Shown: one piece after another, positions 37,529-48,452 of the stretch
Position numbering within the stretch: the stretch's first letter is position 1
How the letters are laid out: the number at the start of each line of letters is the position of its first letter
From: Clostridia bacterium
GTDB lineage: Bacteria; Bacillota; Clostridia; UBA1381; UMGS1253
Direction of reading: 5' to 3'
DNA: 64,000 nt
Assembly (NCBI GenBank): GCA_045578865.1
Contig: JAZNLB010000013.1
Coordinates: 15,106-79,105 of the forward strand
Position numbers and translations under genes: made by a program
The notes under the pieces: model-generated
Told to the model about the DNA's origin: nothing
The model's input: the letters and a program-made list of their open reading frames with translations, nothing else
Database searches by the model: none

Positions 37529-38176
37529 ATGGTAAAATTAGCACCGTCGATTCTGGCGGCGGATTTTTCAAAACTAGGGGAAGATGTGCTTAAAGCAGTG
37601 CGCGGCGGCGCGCAGTATATGCACATTGATGTCATGGATGGCGCATTTGTGCCGAACATGTCCATCGGTCCTTGCGTGGTTGCAAGTCTGCGACCGGTAA
37701 CGGATGCGGTGTTTGATGTGCATCTGATGATTCATGCACCGGAGCGCTATGTGGAGGATTTTGCAAAGGCGGGCGCAGACATCATTACCGTACATATTGA
37801 GGCAACTGAGGATTTGGGGGCGTGTATAGATAAAATCAAGGCGCTCGGCGTGAAGGCGGGCGTATCCGTAAAACCGGCTACCCCGATTGAAGCGGTATTT
37901 CCGTATTTAGATAAACTCGACATGGTGCTCGTGATGAGTGTAGAGCCGGGCTTCGGCGGACAAAAGTATATGCCGATGGCGGAAGAGAAACTTAAAAAGA
38001 TTGCCGCAGTTGCACCGGAAGGCATGGATATTTCCGTAGACGGCGGTATCAACTTAGACAATATCGGGCGCGTGGTGGCAAGCGGTGCAAATACCGTTGT
38101 AGCAGGCAGCGCTCTTTTCGGTCAGCCGGATATTGAGGCAACGACGAGATTGTTTGTAGAGAAGGCGAACGCGTGA
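37529..38176 (+). CDS. rpe: Ribulose-phosphate 3-epimerase
   Basis: PSILAADF, HIDVMDG.FVPN, DVHLM, MSVEPGFGGQ, VDGG. Confidence 0.96.
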   Translation: MVKLAPSILAADFSKLGEDVLKAVRGGAQYMHIDVMDGAFVPNMSIGPCVVASLRPVTDAVFDVHLMIHAPERYVEDFAKAGADIITVHIEATEDLGACIDKIKALGVKAGVSVKPATPIEAVFPYLDKLDMVLVMSVEPGFGGQKYMPMAEEKLKKIAAVAPEGMDISVDGGINLDNIGRVVASGANTVVAGSALFGQPDIEATTRLFVEKANA

Positions 38177-38787
38177 ATAAGTGTAATATCGTATGCGGCG
38201 GTGTGATTTCGGATTTTGAAAAGACCGGTGCGCGTATAGACAAAGGCGCACCGACCATCTGTGCAGACGGCGGCTATGCCCACATAGAAAAACTCGGATT
38301 GAAAGCCGAGGTCGTGCTCGGCGATTTTGATTCGTTTGACAAAAGTCAACTGCGTGAGCAGGACAATGTGATTGTGTTTCCTGCGCGCAAGGATTTTACG
38401 GACAGCGAAATTGCGGTGCAGTATGCCATAGAGCACGGTTATACGGACCTTGTGCTCATCGGTGCGCTCGGCGGCAGACTCGACCATGCTTTGGGGAATC
38501 TGCATCTGCTCGCTTACGCACATGAAAACGGCGTGCGTGCGACCATTGTAGATGTAAACACCCAGGTGTGGTATGAAACAGCGGGCAGGCAGGTGCAGGG
38601 CAAGGCGGGCGATATTTTATCTATTGTGCCGCTGAACCGACAAGGCAGATATACTTTGCGTGGCTTAGAGTATCCTTTGGAGTGTGCACCGTTGCCGCTT
38701 ACCGGCATCAGCAACATATTTACGGGCGAAACCGCAGAAGTGATTGCCGAAAATGCAGAATTTTTATTGATTCATATTTCTAAATAG
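38173..38787 (+). CDS. thiN: Thiamine diphosphokinase
   Basis: ADGG, GDFDS, KDFTD, GGRLDH, GLEYPL, GISN. Confidence 0.93.
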   Translation: MNKCNIVCGGVISDFEKTGARIDKGAPTICADGGYAHIEKLGLKAEVVLGDFDSFDKSQLREQDNVIVFPARKDFTDSEIAVQYAIEHGYTDLVLIGALGGRLDHALGNLHLLAYAHENGVRATIVDVNTQVWYETAGRQVQGKAGDILSIVPLNRQGRYTLRGLEYPLECAPLPLTGISNIFTGETAEVIAENAEFLLIHISK

Positions 38788-38797
38788 TAGATGCTTT

Positions 38798-38832
38798 AAA
38801 AAGCACCCACAAGATTTTGTGGGTGCTTTTTC
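38798..38832 (+). terminator. Terminator of yloC-thiN operon
   Basis: aaaaagcacccacaa-gatt-ttgtgggtgctttttt. Confidence 0.85.
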
Positions 38833-38923
38833 GTGTTTTTAGGCAACATATACAAAATTAGTATACTCATTAGTGCAAAATGCCGAAATTCTAACAAAAA
38901 AGCGTTAAAACTTTAAAAAACTC

Positions 38924-39000
38924 TTGAAAAAACTGTAATATTCGTGTAAAATTTCATTACAGGGGTACAAAGTGGTATCAAGTGTATAATTGTGGGAAAT
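38924..39000 (+). promoter_or_regulatory. mraZ promoter with MraZ-binding GTGG repeats
   Basis: TTGAAA-17-TAAAAT (38924-38952), then gggg/gtgg/gtgt/gtgg at a 10-bp period (38962, 38972, 38982, 38992). Confidence 0.75.
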
Positions 39001-39057
39001 TTTCCGGACAAAAATGGACCACAACGCACAAAATTCCCCGAAAGTGTGGTGAGAACT

Positions 39058-39498
39058 TTGTTTATAGGTGAATACAAACACACTGTAGATGCAAAAGGCA
39101 GGGTGAGTATGCCGGCTAAATTCCGTACGGGAGAGGTTGGCGAGGCGTTTTTCGTGACACGCGGCTTGGACGGGTGTCTGTTTGTGTATTCAAGAGAGGA
39201 ATGGACAAAGTTCTTTGATAAACTTTCCGAATTACCGAGCACAACCAACAAGGTTGCTCGTGATGTACTGCGTTACTTTACGGCGAATGTGGCGGAGTGT
39301 GAGGTAGACAAATTGGGCAGAATCAATATACCGCTTTCCTTGCGTGTACAGGCAGAACTGGAGCGCGATGTAACCATCATTGGTGCACGCAACCGTATGG
39401 AAATCTGGGATACGACAAAGTGGGAGAAGTACCAGGCAGAGCAAATCAGCGAAGAAATGGTGCTCGAAAATATGGATTCGCTCGGCATGGCATTTTAA
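39058..39498 (+). CDS. mraZ: Division/cell wall cluster repressor MraZ
   Basis: TTG start; FIGEYKHTVDAKGRV, TRGLDGCL, DKLGRI, EIWD. Confidence 0.95.
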   Translation: MFIGEYKHTVDAKGRVSMPAKFRTGEVGEAFFVTRGLDGCLFVYSREEWTKFFDKLSELPSTTNKVARDVLRYFTANVAECEVDKLGRINIPLSLRVQAELERDVTIIGARNRMEIWDTTKWEKYQAEQISEEMVLENMDSLGMAF

Positions 39499-39514
39499 CG
39501 GGTGGTGAGCATAT

Positions 39515-40447
39515 ATGGATTTTCACCACATTCCCGTTTTGTTTGAAGAGTGTCTTGAAGGACTTTGTATCCGCAAAGACGGCATCTATGTAGACGGAAC
39601 GCTCGGCGGCGCAGGGCACGCAAGTGCCGTTGCGGCGAGATTGGAGACGGGCAGGCTCATCGGCATCGACCGTGATGACAATGCCATAAAAGCAGCAGGG
39701 GAAAGACTTGCACCGTTTGGTGAGCGTGTAACGATTGTAAAAAATAACTTTTCAAATATAAAGCAGGTACTAAGTGATTTGCAAATAGATAAAATCGACG
39801 GTGCACTTTTGGATTTGGGTGTTTCGTCGCATCAGCTCGATGCGCCGGAGCGCGGATTTTCCTACATGCACGATGCACCGCTGGATATGCGTATGGACCG
39901 CTCGGCAGAAAAGAGCGCATACGATGTCGTAAACGGATACAGCGAAGAAGAACTGACAAAAATCATCCGTACTTACGGCGAAGAAAATTGGGCTAAACGC
40001 ATTTCTGCGTTTATAGCAAAGCGACGGGCTATGAGGCCGGTCCGTACAACCGGTGAGCTTGTCAGCATTATAAAAGAGGCCATTCCTGCAGGGGCAAGGC
40101 AGGAGGGCGGACATCCGGCGAAACGCACATTTCAGGCGATTCGCATCGAGGTGAACGGCGAACTCGAAATTTTAAAAAATGCCGTTCGTGATTTTACCGA
40201 GGTCATGCGCCCCGGCGCAAGACTGTGCATCATTACCTTCCACTCGCTCGAAGACCGCATCATTAAAGATGCCTTTGCCGAGCTGGCGCAGGGGTGTACA
40301 TGTCCGAGAGAATTTCCGGTTTGCGTGTGTGGCGGAAAGCCGAAGGTAAAAATCATTACGAAAAAGCCGATTGTGGCAACCGCGCAGGAACTCGAGCAAA
40401 ATTCAAGGGCCAAAAGCGCAAAACTGAGAATCGCACAGGTGTTATAG
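39515..40447 (+). CDS. rsmH: 16S rRNA m4C1402 methyltransferase
   Basis: [43 protein letters not shown]. Confidence 0.97.
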   Translation: MDFHHIPVLFEECLEGLCIRKDGIYVDGTLGGAGHASAVAARLETGRLIGIDRDDNAIKAAGERLAPFGERVTIVKNNFSNIKQVLSDLQIDKIDGALLDLGVSSHQLDAPERGFSYMHDAPLDMRMDRSAEKSAYDVVNGYSEEELTKIIRTYGEENWAKRISAFIAKRRAMRPVRTTGELVSIIKEAIPAGARQEGGHPAKRTFQAIRIEVNGELEILKNAVRDFTEVMRPGARLCIITFHSLEDRIIKDAFAELAQGCTCPREFPVCVCGGKPKVKIITKKPIVATAQELEQNSRAKSAKLRIAQVL

Positions 40448-40471
40448 AGAGGATAACGAGGGGGAAAAAAA

Positions 40472-40954
40472 GTGAGAACAAACGGAAATCTGGCTTTGAA
40501 TCCGGCGTACAAACCGGCATATCAACCATCGCAGACTTCCTTGCGTAAGAAGGCAGATGTGTCTGTTTCTGTGCACATGAAGGCAAAAAAGAAATCTAAC
40601 CTGCTTGCAGCGTTGGTTTTTATTGCAATCCTTTTTTCCATCGCCATTTGCCTGGTAACGCGCGAAGTAAATTTGTATGAAAAAAGCAACCTTGTCAATG
40701 CATTGCAACAGAAGCTCGAAGAGGCAGAAACCGCAACAAAGCAGGCGATGGTGGCATCTGAGCAGGCGGTTGATTTGGCGATGGTTGAGACCAATGCACT
40801 TACGAAATTCGGCATGAGCAAGCCGCAGAAACATCAAACCATCTATATCAATGTGCATCAAGGAGACTATGTAGAAAAGACAGCAAGCAAGCAACTCGGG
40901 GAAGAACTTTATACCAGCATCAGTGCCGTGTTCGGCATATTTGGTATTCGATAA
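40472..40954 (+). CDS. ftsL: Cell division protein FtsL-like
   Basis: Single TM plus coiled coil, A..FGM.KP; position between rsmH and the PBP. Confidence 0.7.
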   Translation: MRTNGNLALNPAYKPAYQPSQTSLRKKADVSVSVHMKAKKKSNLLAALVFIAILFSIAICLVTREVNLYEKSNLVNALQQKLEEAETATKQAMVASEQAVDLAMVETNALTKFGMSKPQKHQTIYINVHQGDYVEKTASKQLGEELYTSISAVFGIFGIR

Positions 40955-41063
40955 GATTATATATAATAGTGCAAATGCACTGCTTCATAGTTTTGATTTG
41001 ATGGGTTAGGTGGATACATTGCTTAACCCTTCTTTTATCTTAAAGGAGATGTGCGAAAAGTCG

Positions 41064-43265
41064 ATGAAAAACCGCACGACATTACCTGTAAAAAACAGAA
41101 TATTTATTTGCACGCTCGCAGTCGTGGTGCTGTTGGGCGCGCTTGGCGTTCGCGTGGGATATTGGCAGATTATCCGTGGAGAACAGATGCGGAAAGAAGC
41201 CACACTGCAACAAACGCGCGACCGTGCCATTACCTCAAAACGCGGCACGATTTATGACCGCAACGGCAAGGAACTGGCCGTGAGTGCATCTGTGGAACTC
41301 GTTGCCGTATCGCCACCGGAAATTGCAAAACACAAGGGCGGTGCGGAAACGGTTGCAAAGCATTTGTCCGATATTTTGGAGTTGGAATACGATACCGTGT
41401 ATGCACAGGTGAGCAAAAAACTTTCCTATGTGACGATTGCGCGCAAAGTGGAAAAGGTGAAAACCGACCAAATTCGTGCGCTCAAAACGCAAGAGGAAAC
41501 CAAAAAGTTGTTTAGTGGCGTGTATCTGGAAGAAGACACCAAGCGTTACTATCCGTTTGGACATTTTGCTTCGCACTTAATCGGTTTTACGGGTACGGAT
41601 AACCAAGGGTTGTACGGCATTGAAGCGGCGCTGGATGACGAACTTTCGGGCGTGGCAGGCAGAATTATATCTGTCAAAAATGCTGCCGGCTCGGATATGC
41701 CGTTCCAATATGAGCAAAAATACGATTCGCAGGACGGTTTAAATGTGACCTTGACCATTGACGAGACCATTCAGCATTTTGCGGAAAAACACCTTCGTCA
41801 GGCGGTGGAGGAAAACAAGCCTGCACAGGGTGCATTTGCCATTGTAATGGCGCCGAAAACGGGAGAAATTTATGCAATGACGAGCATGCCCGACTATGAT
41901 TTGAATTCTCCGTTTACGATTGTGTCTGCCGAGGCGCAGGCGCTTGTGGATGCAGAAACGGACAGCGAAAAACGCAGCACACTTCGCAGCGAAGCACTGG
42001 CGCTGCAATGGCGAAACAAAGCTGTCAGCGATACATATGAGCCTGGCTCGGTATTTAAGATACTGACGGCGGCAATGGCGCTGGAAGAAGGCGTTGCCAC
42101 CATACATGATACCTTTAATTGTCCGGGGTATACCATGGTCGGCGCTGTGAGAATTAACTGCTGGAAGACGGTGGGCCACGGACATGAAATATTCAAAGAA
42201 GGTCTGCAAAATTCCTGCAATCCGGTATTTATGGAACTTGGAAAGCGCTTGGGGCGTGATACCTTCTTTAAATATTTTACCGACTTCGGTCTGACCGCGC
42301 CGACGGGGATTGCGGTAGGCTCGGAGGGCGAAAGCGTGTACTATACCGCGAAGTACTTAAATGAAACGGAACTGGCGACGAGTGCGTTCGGACAGAGTTT
42401 TCAGATTACACCGATGCAACTCATCAGCGCAGTTGCGGCAACGGTCAACGGCGGCAACTTGATGCGGCCGCATCTGATCAAATCCCTTTCCGACAGTCGG
42501 GGCAATGTAGTAAAAACCTACGAGCCTGAACTGGTGCGTCAGGTGGTATCGGCGCAGACGAGCGCAATTATGCGTGATTTTACCGAAGGCGTTGTTGCCT
42601 ATGGCACAGGTAAGAGTGCACAGATAAAGGGATATGACATCGGCGGCAAGACGGGTACATCGGAAAAACGACCGCGTAATCAGGGCAAGTATGTTGCCTC
42701 CTTTATAGGTATGGCGCCGGCGGACGATCCGGAACTGATTTGCCTTGTGGCCATCGACGAGCCGACGGGTGATTTATATCAGGGCAGCCAGATTGCTGCA
42801 CCGGTGGTTCGAAATATTTTAGAAGATACACTGGGATATATTGGTGTTGAAAAGCATTTTGATGCTTCGGAGGATATAAGCCAGCAAATCGTGCCGGAGG
42901 TGCGAAATTATGGCGTGCAGAAGGCGGCTGAGTCCGTAGCTGCGCTGGGCTTTGGTTATCAAGTCATCGGTGAAGGCGAAACAGTGGAGGAGCAACTGCC
43001 CAAGCCGGGTGCGAGTCTTGCAAAAGGCTCGACGGTGCTTTTGTATACAACGGGAGGCGCCATACAGCAGGTGCAACTGCCTGACTTTAAGGGGCAGACC
43101 CTTGCCGATGTGCGTACGCAACTCAAAGAGTTGGGGCTTAATCTGGAAATTTTAGGCGCAACGGATGATAGTTGCCTGGTGCAAAAGCAAGAGCCGGCGG
43201 GGGGCACTATGGTTAACCCTGCAACAACGGTGCGTGTGGAGTTTGTTTATATGGCCGGCGACTAA
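41064..43265 (+). CDS. spoVD: Class B penicillin-binding protein, SpoVD/FtsI-like, two PASTA domains
   Basis: RGTIYDRNG, RYYP, GLYGIE, EPGSVFK, SCN, FGQ, GKTGT. Confidence 0.85.
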   Translation: MKNRTTLPVKNRIFICTLAVVVLLGALGVRVGYWQIIRGEQMRKEATLQQTRDRAITSKRGTIYDRNGKELAVSASVELVAVSPPEIAKHKGGAETVAKHLSDILELEYDTVYAQVSKKLSYVTIARKVEKVKTDQIRALKTQEETKKLFSGVYLEEDTKRYYPFGHFASHLIGFTGTDNQGLYGIEAALDDELSGVAGRIISVKNAAGSDMPFQYEQKYDSQDGLNVTLTIDETIQHFAEKHLRQAVEENKPAQGAFAIVMAPKTGEIYAMTSMPDYDLNSPFTIVSAEAQALVDAETDSEKRSTLRSEALALQWRNKAVSDTYEPGSVFKILTAAMALEEGVATIHDTFNCPGYTMVGAVRINCWKTVGHGHEIFKEGLQNSCNPVFMELGKRLGRDTFFKYFTDFGLTAPTGIAVGSEGESVYYTAKYLNETELATSAFGQSFQITPMQLISAVAATVNGGNLMRPHLIKSLSDSRGNVVKTYEPELVRQVVSAQTSAIMRDFTEGVVAYGTGKSAQIKGYDIGGKTGTSEKRPRNQGKYVASFIGMAPADDPELICLVAIDEPTGDLYQGSQIAAPVVRNILEDTLGYIGVEKHFDASEDISQQIVPEVRNYGVQKAAESVAALGFGYQVIGEGETVEEQLPKPGASLAKGSTVLLYTTGGAIQQVQLPDFKGQTLADVRTQLKELGLNLEILGATDDSCLVQKQEPAGGTMVNPATTVRVEFVYMAGD

Positions 43266-43291
43266 TTAGACTTTGAAAGAGGGTGTTCGTT

Positions 43292-44716
43292 ATGAAATTA
43301 TCCGAATTATTGCAAAGCGTAGAAACGGTCGGCACTGTGGCGGATGTGTGTGTGCGCTCGATTGCCTACGATTCTCGTGCGGTGGAGCCGGGCGATGTGT
43401 TTGTGTGCATCAAAGGCTACGCTACGGACGGACACCAATATGTGCAAAAGGCGATTGAAAACGGCGCTGCGGCGATTGTGGCACAAGATAGCGTTGAGGC
43501 AGATGTGCCTGTGGTGTATGTCAAAGACAGTCGTATGGCACTTGCACAGATGTCTAGGGTTTACTACGGCAAACCTGACGAAAAGATGAAAATTATCGGC
43601 ATTACGGGCACCAACGGAAAGACCACGGTGACTTATTTAATCAAGCATATTCTGGAACATTACGGGCATAAGGTCGGTTTAATCGGCACCAATCAGAATA
43701 TGATTGGCGATGTTGTGTTGCCTACACAGAGAACAACGCCGGAGTCGAAAGAACTTTATTTAATGTTTGCCGATATGGCAAATGCGGGTTGCAGTCATGT
43801 GGTGATGGAGGTTTCCAGCCACGCGCTTTATCTCAGTCGTGTGGGTGGTATTCAATTTGAGGTAGGCGTGTTTACGAACTTAACGCAAGATCATCTGGAT
43901 TTTCATGGTGATATGGAAAATTATTATCTGGCAAAGGCGATGCTGTTTGATGTGTGTAAAAAAAGCGTTGTCAATACCGACGATGCGTACGGCAAGCGCA
44001 TAGCGCGCCTTGCGCCAAACCTGCTGGATTATTCAGTAGATACGGCATCTGCGCTGCAAGCATCCGATATTGAAATCTCCGCCAAGGGCGTACTCTATGA
44101 CGCAGAGCATAACGGGGAGCGCACATCAGTGCATGTGGCAATTCCGGGTATGTTTTCCGTTTACAATTCGCTTGCGGCGCTCGGTTGTGTGATGCAGCTC
44201 GGCATACAGACAGATGATGCCGTTCGTGCACTTTTGACGGCGCATGGCGTAAAAGGCAGGGCAGAGGTTGTGCCGACATCTACGCCATACACGGTGCTCA
44301 TTGATTATGCACACACACCGGACGGACTTGAAAACATCTTGTCCACCGTCAATGAATTTAAAAAGGCGCGTCTGATTACGGTGTTCGGCTGCGGCGGCGA
44401 TCGTGACCGCACGAAGCGACCGCTGATGGGCGAAACGGCGGCGAGACTTTCCGATTTTGTAGTTGTAACTTCGGACAATCCGCGCATGGAAGACCCCGAG
44501 GCGATTTTAGATGACATCATACCGGGCATTGAGAAAACCGATTGCCCGTATGTGCGTATTGCCAATCGCAAAGAGGCGATTGCCTATGCACTATCCCATG
44601 CCGAGGCAGGCGATATTATCGTGCTTGCCGGCAAAGGACATGAAACTTATCAGATTTTAAACACGGGAACAATCCATTTCGATGAACGCGAAGTGGTATA
44701 TGAACTGTTGCAATAA
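43292..44716 (+). CDS. murE: UDP-MurNAc-tripeptide synthetase (meso-DAP type)
   Basis: GTNGKTT, TTP, MEVSSH, DHLDFH, DYAHTP, DNPR, GKGHE. Confidence 0.96.
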   Translation: MKLSELLQSVETVGTVADVCVRSIAYDSRAVEPGDVFVCIKGYATDGHQYVQKAIENGAAAIVAQDSVEADVPVVYVKDSRMALAQMSRVYYGKPDEKMKIIGITGTNGKTTVTYLIKHILEHYGHKVGLIGTNQNMIGDVVLPTQRTTPESKELYLMFADMANAGCSHVVMEVSSHALYLSRVGGIQFEVGVFTNLTQDHLDFHGDMENYYLAKAMLFDVCKKSVVNTDDAYGKRIARLAPNLLDYSVDTASALQASDIEISAKGVLYDAEHNGERTSVHVAIPGMFSVYNSLAALGCVMQLGIQTDDAVRALLTAHGVKGRAEVVPTSTPYTVLIDYAHTPDGLENILSTVNEFKKARLITVFGCGGDRDRTKRPLMGETAARLSDFVVVTSDNPRMEDPEAILDDIIPGIEKTDCPYVRIANRKEAIAYALSHAEAGDIIVLAGKGHETYQILNTGTIHFDEREVVYELLQ

Positions 44717-44738
44717 TTCGAAAAAAGAAGGGCAGCTT

Positions 44739-46106
44739 ATGAAGGCATTTTCGGTTCAGCAAATTTTAGAAGCGACGGGCGGCACACTTGTGTGCGGCGC
44801 ACCGACACAAAATTTTTCCGGCATATCTACCGACTCGCGCTGCGTCGGGTACGGGGCACTGTTTATCCCGTTTGTCGGGGAAACTTTTGATGCACACGAT
44901 TTTATCGACAGCGCAATCAAAAGCGGTGCCAGTGGTGTGCTTACGCATAAGGATATGGCAATAGATACGCAAAGTGCGGTCATTCGCGTGCAGGACACGA
45001 AAAAGGCATACGGCGATATTGCTCGTTACTATAAAAATCAAATTGCACCGAAAACCGTAGCGATAACCGGCTCGGTCGGCAAAACGACCACGAAGGATAT
45101 GGTGGCTTGTGTGCTTTCGGAGCATTTCAGCCTTACCGTAACCGAAAAAAACTACAACAATGAAATCGGCGTTCCGAAAACCCTTTTGAGCTTGAAAGAG
45201 ACGGATACGGCGGCGGTGGTGGAAATGGGTATGAACCATTTTGGTGAAATTGCTTACCTTTCCTCGATTGCACAGCCGGATGCGGCTCTAATTACCAACA
45301 TCGGTTTATCGCACATTGAAAACCTCGGCTCGCAGGAGGGCATCTTAAAGGCAAAATTAGAGGTGTTGGAGCATTTGAGCGAGGACGGCGTTTTGTTTTT
45401 AAACGGCGATGATGCGCTTTTAAATACGGTCAAGGCGGACCGCGCGATTGTGCGCTTCGGTCTGGATGCAAACACTTGTGATATCTATGCCGAAAACATC
45501 GTATCGGGCAGCGAGGAAATTGAATTTGATGTAATTTACAAGCGCAAGAAAGCGCATGTGCATCTGCCGGTGCCGGGCGTGCACAATATCTATAACGCAC
45601 TTGCTGCGATGGCGGTCGGTGTGTTTTACGGGCTGACGCTTGCACAGACGGCGCGCGGCGTGGAAAAATTTGTGCCGGGCGATAAACGCATGAACATCAT
45701 TCGCACGGAAAAATTTACGATTTTAAATGACTGCTACAATGCATCTCCCGCTTCGGTGGAGGCGGCGGTGCAGGTGCTTTGCGGTCTGGAAAGCAAAAGA
45801 AAAGTCGCTATTTTAGGAGACATCAAAGAACTCGGCGATTTTGCACCGGCGGCGCATGGTAAGATGGGAAAACGGATTGCCCGCTTGGGTCTTGACTGCA
45901 TTCTTGCCATCGGCGAAAATGCAAAGTTTGTCTGCCGTGGCGCGCAGGAGGGTGGCATCGGGCCAGAAAATCTACATTGTTTTAAAACCCGTCAGCAGGC
46001 GATTGATGCACTGGAAACTTTGATTTTGCCGGGCGATGCGATTTTGGTGAAGGCATCTCGTGCAATGCAGTTAGAGTATGTAACGCAGGCACTAAAGCAA
46101 TTATAA
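44739..46106 (+). CDS. murF: UDP-MurNAc-tripeptide--D-Ala-D-Ala ligase
   Basis: GSVGKTTTK, NNEIG, EMGMNH, DCYNA, KASR. Confidence 0.95.
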   Translation: MKAFSVQQILEATGGTLVCGAPTQNFSGISTDSRCVGYGALFIPFVGETFDAHDFIDSAIKSGASGVLTHKDMAIDTQSAVIRVQDTKKAYGDIARYYKNQIAPKTVAITGSVGKTTTKDMVACVLSEHFSLTVTEKNYNNEIGVPKTLLSLKETDTAAVVEMGMNHFGEIAYLSSIAQPDAALITNIGLSHIENLGSQEGILKAKLEVLEHLSEDGVLFLNGDDALLNTVKADRAIVRFGLDANTCDIYAENIVSGSEEIEFDVIYKRKKAHVHLPVPGVHNIYNALAAMAVGVFYGLTLAQTARGVEKFVPGDKRMNIIRTEKFTILNDCYNASPASVEAAVQVLCGLESKRKVAILGDIKELGDFAPAAHGKMGKRIARLGLDCILAIGENAKFVCRGAQEGGIGPENLHCFKTRQQAIDALETLILPGDAILVKASRAMQLEYVTQALKQL

Positions 46107-46126
46107 TATACAAGGGGGAAAAGGAT

Positions 46127-47110
46127 ATGGCACTTTGGGTTTGTTTCAAATTGATTTGTATGAAGTACGCATGGCTTGCGGCGGCGATTGCTTTTTTGAT
46201 TACGGCGCTGCTCGGGCCTGTTCTGATTCCGTTTTTGCACAAATTAAAGTTTGGCCAGTCCATCCGTGAAGAAGGGCCGAACTGGCATCAAAAGAAGAGC
46301 GGTACACCAACGATGGGTGGCATTATGTTTATTGTTGCCAGCGCGGTTGCTACATTGATTTGCGCGCGTGGCGAACTGATGCTTTGCGTGCTCGCTTGCA
46401 GTCTTTGTTTCGGTATTATCGGTTTCGTTGACGATTATATTAAGGTGATTTTAAAGCGTAACCTCGGCTTGCGTTCAAAAGAAAAACTGGTTTTGCAAAT
46501 TTTGGTTTCCGTTGCATTTACGGTTGTACTGTATTCTAACTCGGTGATTGACAACCGAATCATTTTGCCTTTTACCGAATGGCAGTTGCCGCTCGGCTAT
46601 TTGTATATTCCGGCGGCGGTATTTGTGATGGTCGGCTTTAACAATGCTGTAAATTTAACGGACGGCGTTGACGGGCTTGCATCGTCGGTAACGGCGATTG
46701 TCTGTCTGTTTATTGCGCTGGCAGCCTACATCAGAGGCATTCCGGCGCTCTGCATACTCGCCTTTTCGATTTTCGGCGCTCTTTGTGGCTTTTTGCTGTT
46801 TAATCACCATCCGGCGAAGGTGTTTATGGGTGATACCGGCTCCCTGTTTTTGGGTGGCTTTGTTGGTGCCTCCGCCATTGTTTTAAAGATGCCGGTGATT
46901 TTCGTGCTGGCAGGTTTTATCTATGTCGCAGAGGCGTTGTCCGTGGTTTTGCAGGTAATCAGTTTTAAGACAACCGGCAAGCGCATCTTTAAAATGAGTC
47001 CGATTCATCATCACTACGAGATGTGCGGTCTTAGCGAAAAACAGATTGTATTTCGTTTCAGTGTGGTAACGGCTATCGGTTGCGCGATTGCATTTTTCTC
47101 TATTTTATAA
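46127..47110 (+). CDS. mraY: Phospho-MurNAc-pentapeptide transferase
   Basis: GTPTMGG, DD, NAVNLTDGVDGL, FMGDTGS, PIHHHYE. Confidence 0.96.
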   Translation: MALWVCFKLICMKYAWLAAAIAFLITALLGPVLIPFLHKLKFGQSIREEGPNWHQKKSGTPTMGGIMFIVASAVATLICARGELMLCVLACSLCFGIIGFVDDYIKVILKRNLGLRSKEKLVLQILVSVAFTVVLYSNSVIDNRIILPFTEWQLPLGYLYIPAAVFVMVGFNNAVNLTDGVDGLASSVTAIVCLFIALAAYIRGIPALCILAFSIFGALCGFLLFNHHPAKVFMGDTGSLFLGGFVGASAIVLKMPVIFVLAGFIYVAEALSVVLQVISFKTTGKRIFKMSPIHHHYEMCGLSEKQIVFRFSVVTAIGCAIAFFSIL

Positions 47111-47143
47111 TTCGGATTTCAAAATCAAAAAGGAGGGTTGGCT

Positions 47144-48442
47144 ATGCCGCAGTACGGCGCAGCAGCGCGTAAAAGCGCACACACAAAAAAGCATAAAAAT
47201 AATGTCGTGCATTTGCGTGATGCCAAGGTATCGCAGTCGGCACAGCCAAAGAAAAAAGCAGCCCGAAAACAGGGAAAAGGTGCTTCGGGCTGGGCACAGT
47301 TGTTTGAACTCTACACGGGCGGATTTCATACGCGTTCACTCGATAAATCCATGTTGATTTTGATTATCGGTCTGGTGGTATTCGGATTGGTCATGGTCTT
47401 TTCGGCGAGTGCGCCTTCTGCAAGTGCATTTCAGAGCAGTCCCTACTTTTTCATTATCCGCCAAGGGATATTTGCGGTGCTCGGTATTGCGGTGATGCTT
47501 GGAATTTCCTTTATGGATTATCACCATTTAAGCAGGTTTGCTTTGCCGCTTTTAGGCGGCTCGTTCGCGCTTCTTTTATTGGTATATATTCCGGGGCTTG
47601 GCATGTCTATCAATGGTGCGCGCCGCTGGATTAACCTCGGCTTTACAACCCTGCAACCGTCCGAGGTGGTAAAAATTGCGCTGATTATATTTTTTGCTTT
47701 CAGTCTCAGCAAAGTCAAAGACGGCATCAAAAATTTCTGGCCGGAGCTTTGTATTTACCTCGGTATTCTGGTTGCGTTTGCAGGTATGATTCTGGCAGAG
47801 CCTCACCTTTCCGCTACGCTGATTATCGGCGCAACGAGCGTTGTTTTGTTTTTGGTTGCAGGCGCAAGAATTCTACACTTTTTCTGGCTTGCTTTTCCGG
47901 TGGTGGGTGTCGGCGTATTTTACATTATGCAAAATCCGTACCAGATGGAAAGAATCATGGCATTTTTAGACCCGTTTGCTTACAAAAGCGACGAGGGATT
48001 TCAGGTGGTTAATTCGTTGTATGCGATTGGTTCGGGTGGCATTTTCGGTCTTGGTCTCGGACAGAGCAGACAAAAATATCTGTATCTGCCGGAGCCGCAA
48101 AATGACTTTATTTTTGCGATCATCTGTGAAGAGCTTGGTTTAATTGGTGCACTTTTGGTATTGTTTTTGTTCGGTTGCCTGATTTGGAAAGGCTATCGCA
48201 CGGCGATTGAAGCACCGGATATGTTTGGCACGCTTCTGGCAACAGGAATTACCACGCTGGTAGCGATTCAGACGGTGCTCAATGTCGCAGTCGTAACCTC
48301 GTCTATTCCGGCGACGGGTGTGGCATTGCCGTTTTTCAGTTTTGGCGGCACATCTCTGTTGATTTTGCTTGCATCTATGGGCATTTTGCTGAGTATCAGC
48401 AGGCAGACTGTAACGAAGAAGGATGACGGTATCAAGTTATAG
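47144..48442 (+). CDS. ftsW: SEDS glycosyltransferase FtsW/SpoVE
   Basis: MVFSAS, GARRW, QPSE, GLGLGQS.QK..YLPEPQNDFIF, EELG, PFFSFGG. Confidence 0.92.
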   Translation: MPQYGAAARKSAHTKKHKNNVVHLRDAKVSQSAQPKKKAARKQGKGASGWAQLFELYTGGFHTRSLDKSMLILIIGLVVFGLVMVFSASAPSASAFQSSPYFFIIRQGIFAVLGIAVMLGISFMDYHHLSRFALPLLGGSFALLLLVYIPGLGMSINGARRWINLGFTTLQPSEVVKIALIIFFAFSLSKVKDGIKNFWPELCIYLGILVAFAGMILAEPHLSATLIIGATSVVLFLVAGARILHFFWLAFPVVGVGVFYIMQNPYQMERIMAFLDPFAYKSDEGFQVVNSLYAIGSGGIFGLGLGQSRQKYLYLPEPQNDFIFAIICEELGLIGALLVLFLFGCLIWKGYRTAIEAPDMFGTLLATGITTLVAIQTVLNVAVVTSSIPATGVALPFFSFGGTSLLILLASMGILLSISRQTVTKKDDGIKL

Positions 48443-48452
48443 GAGGCGGCAT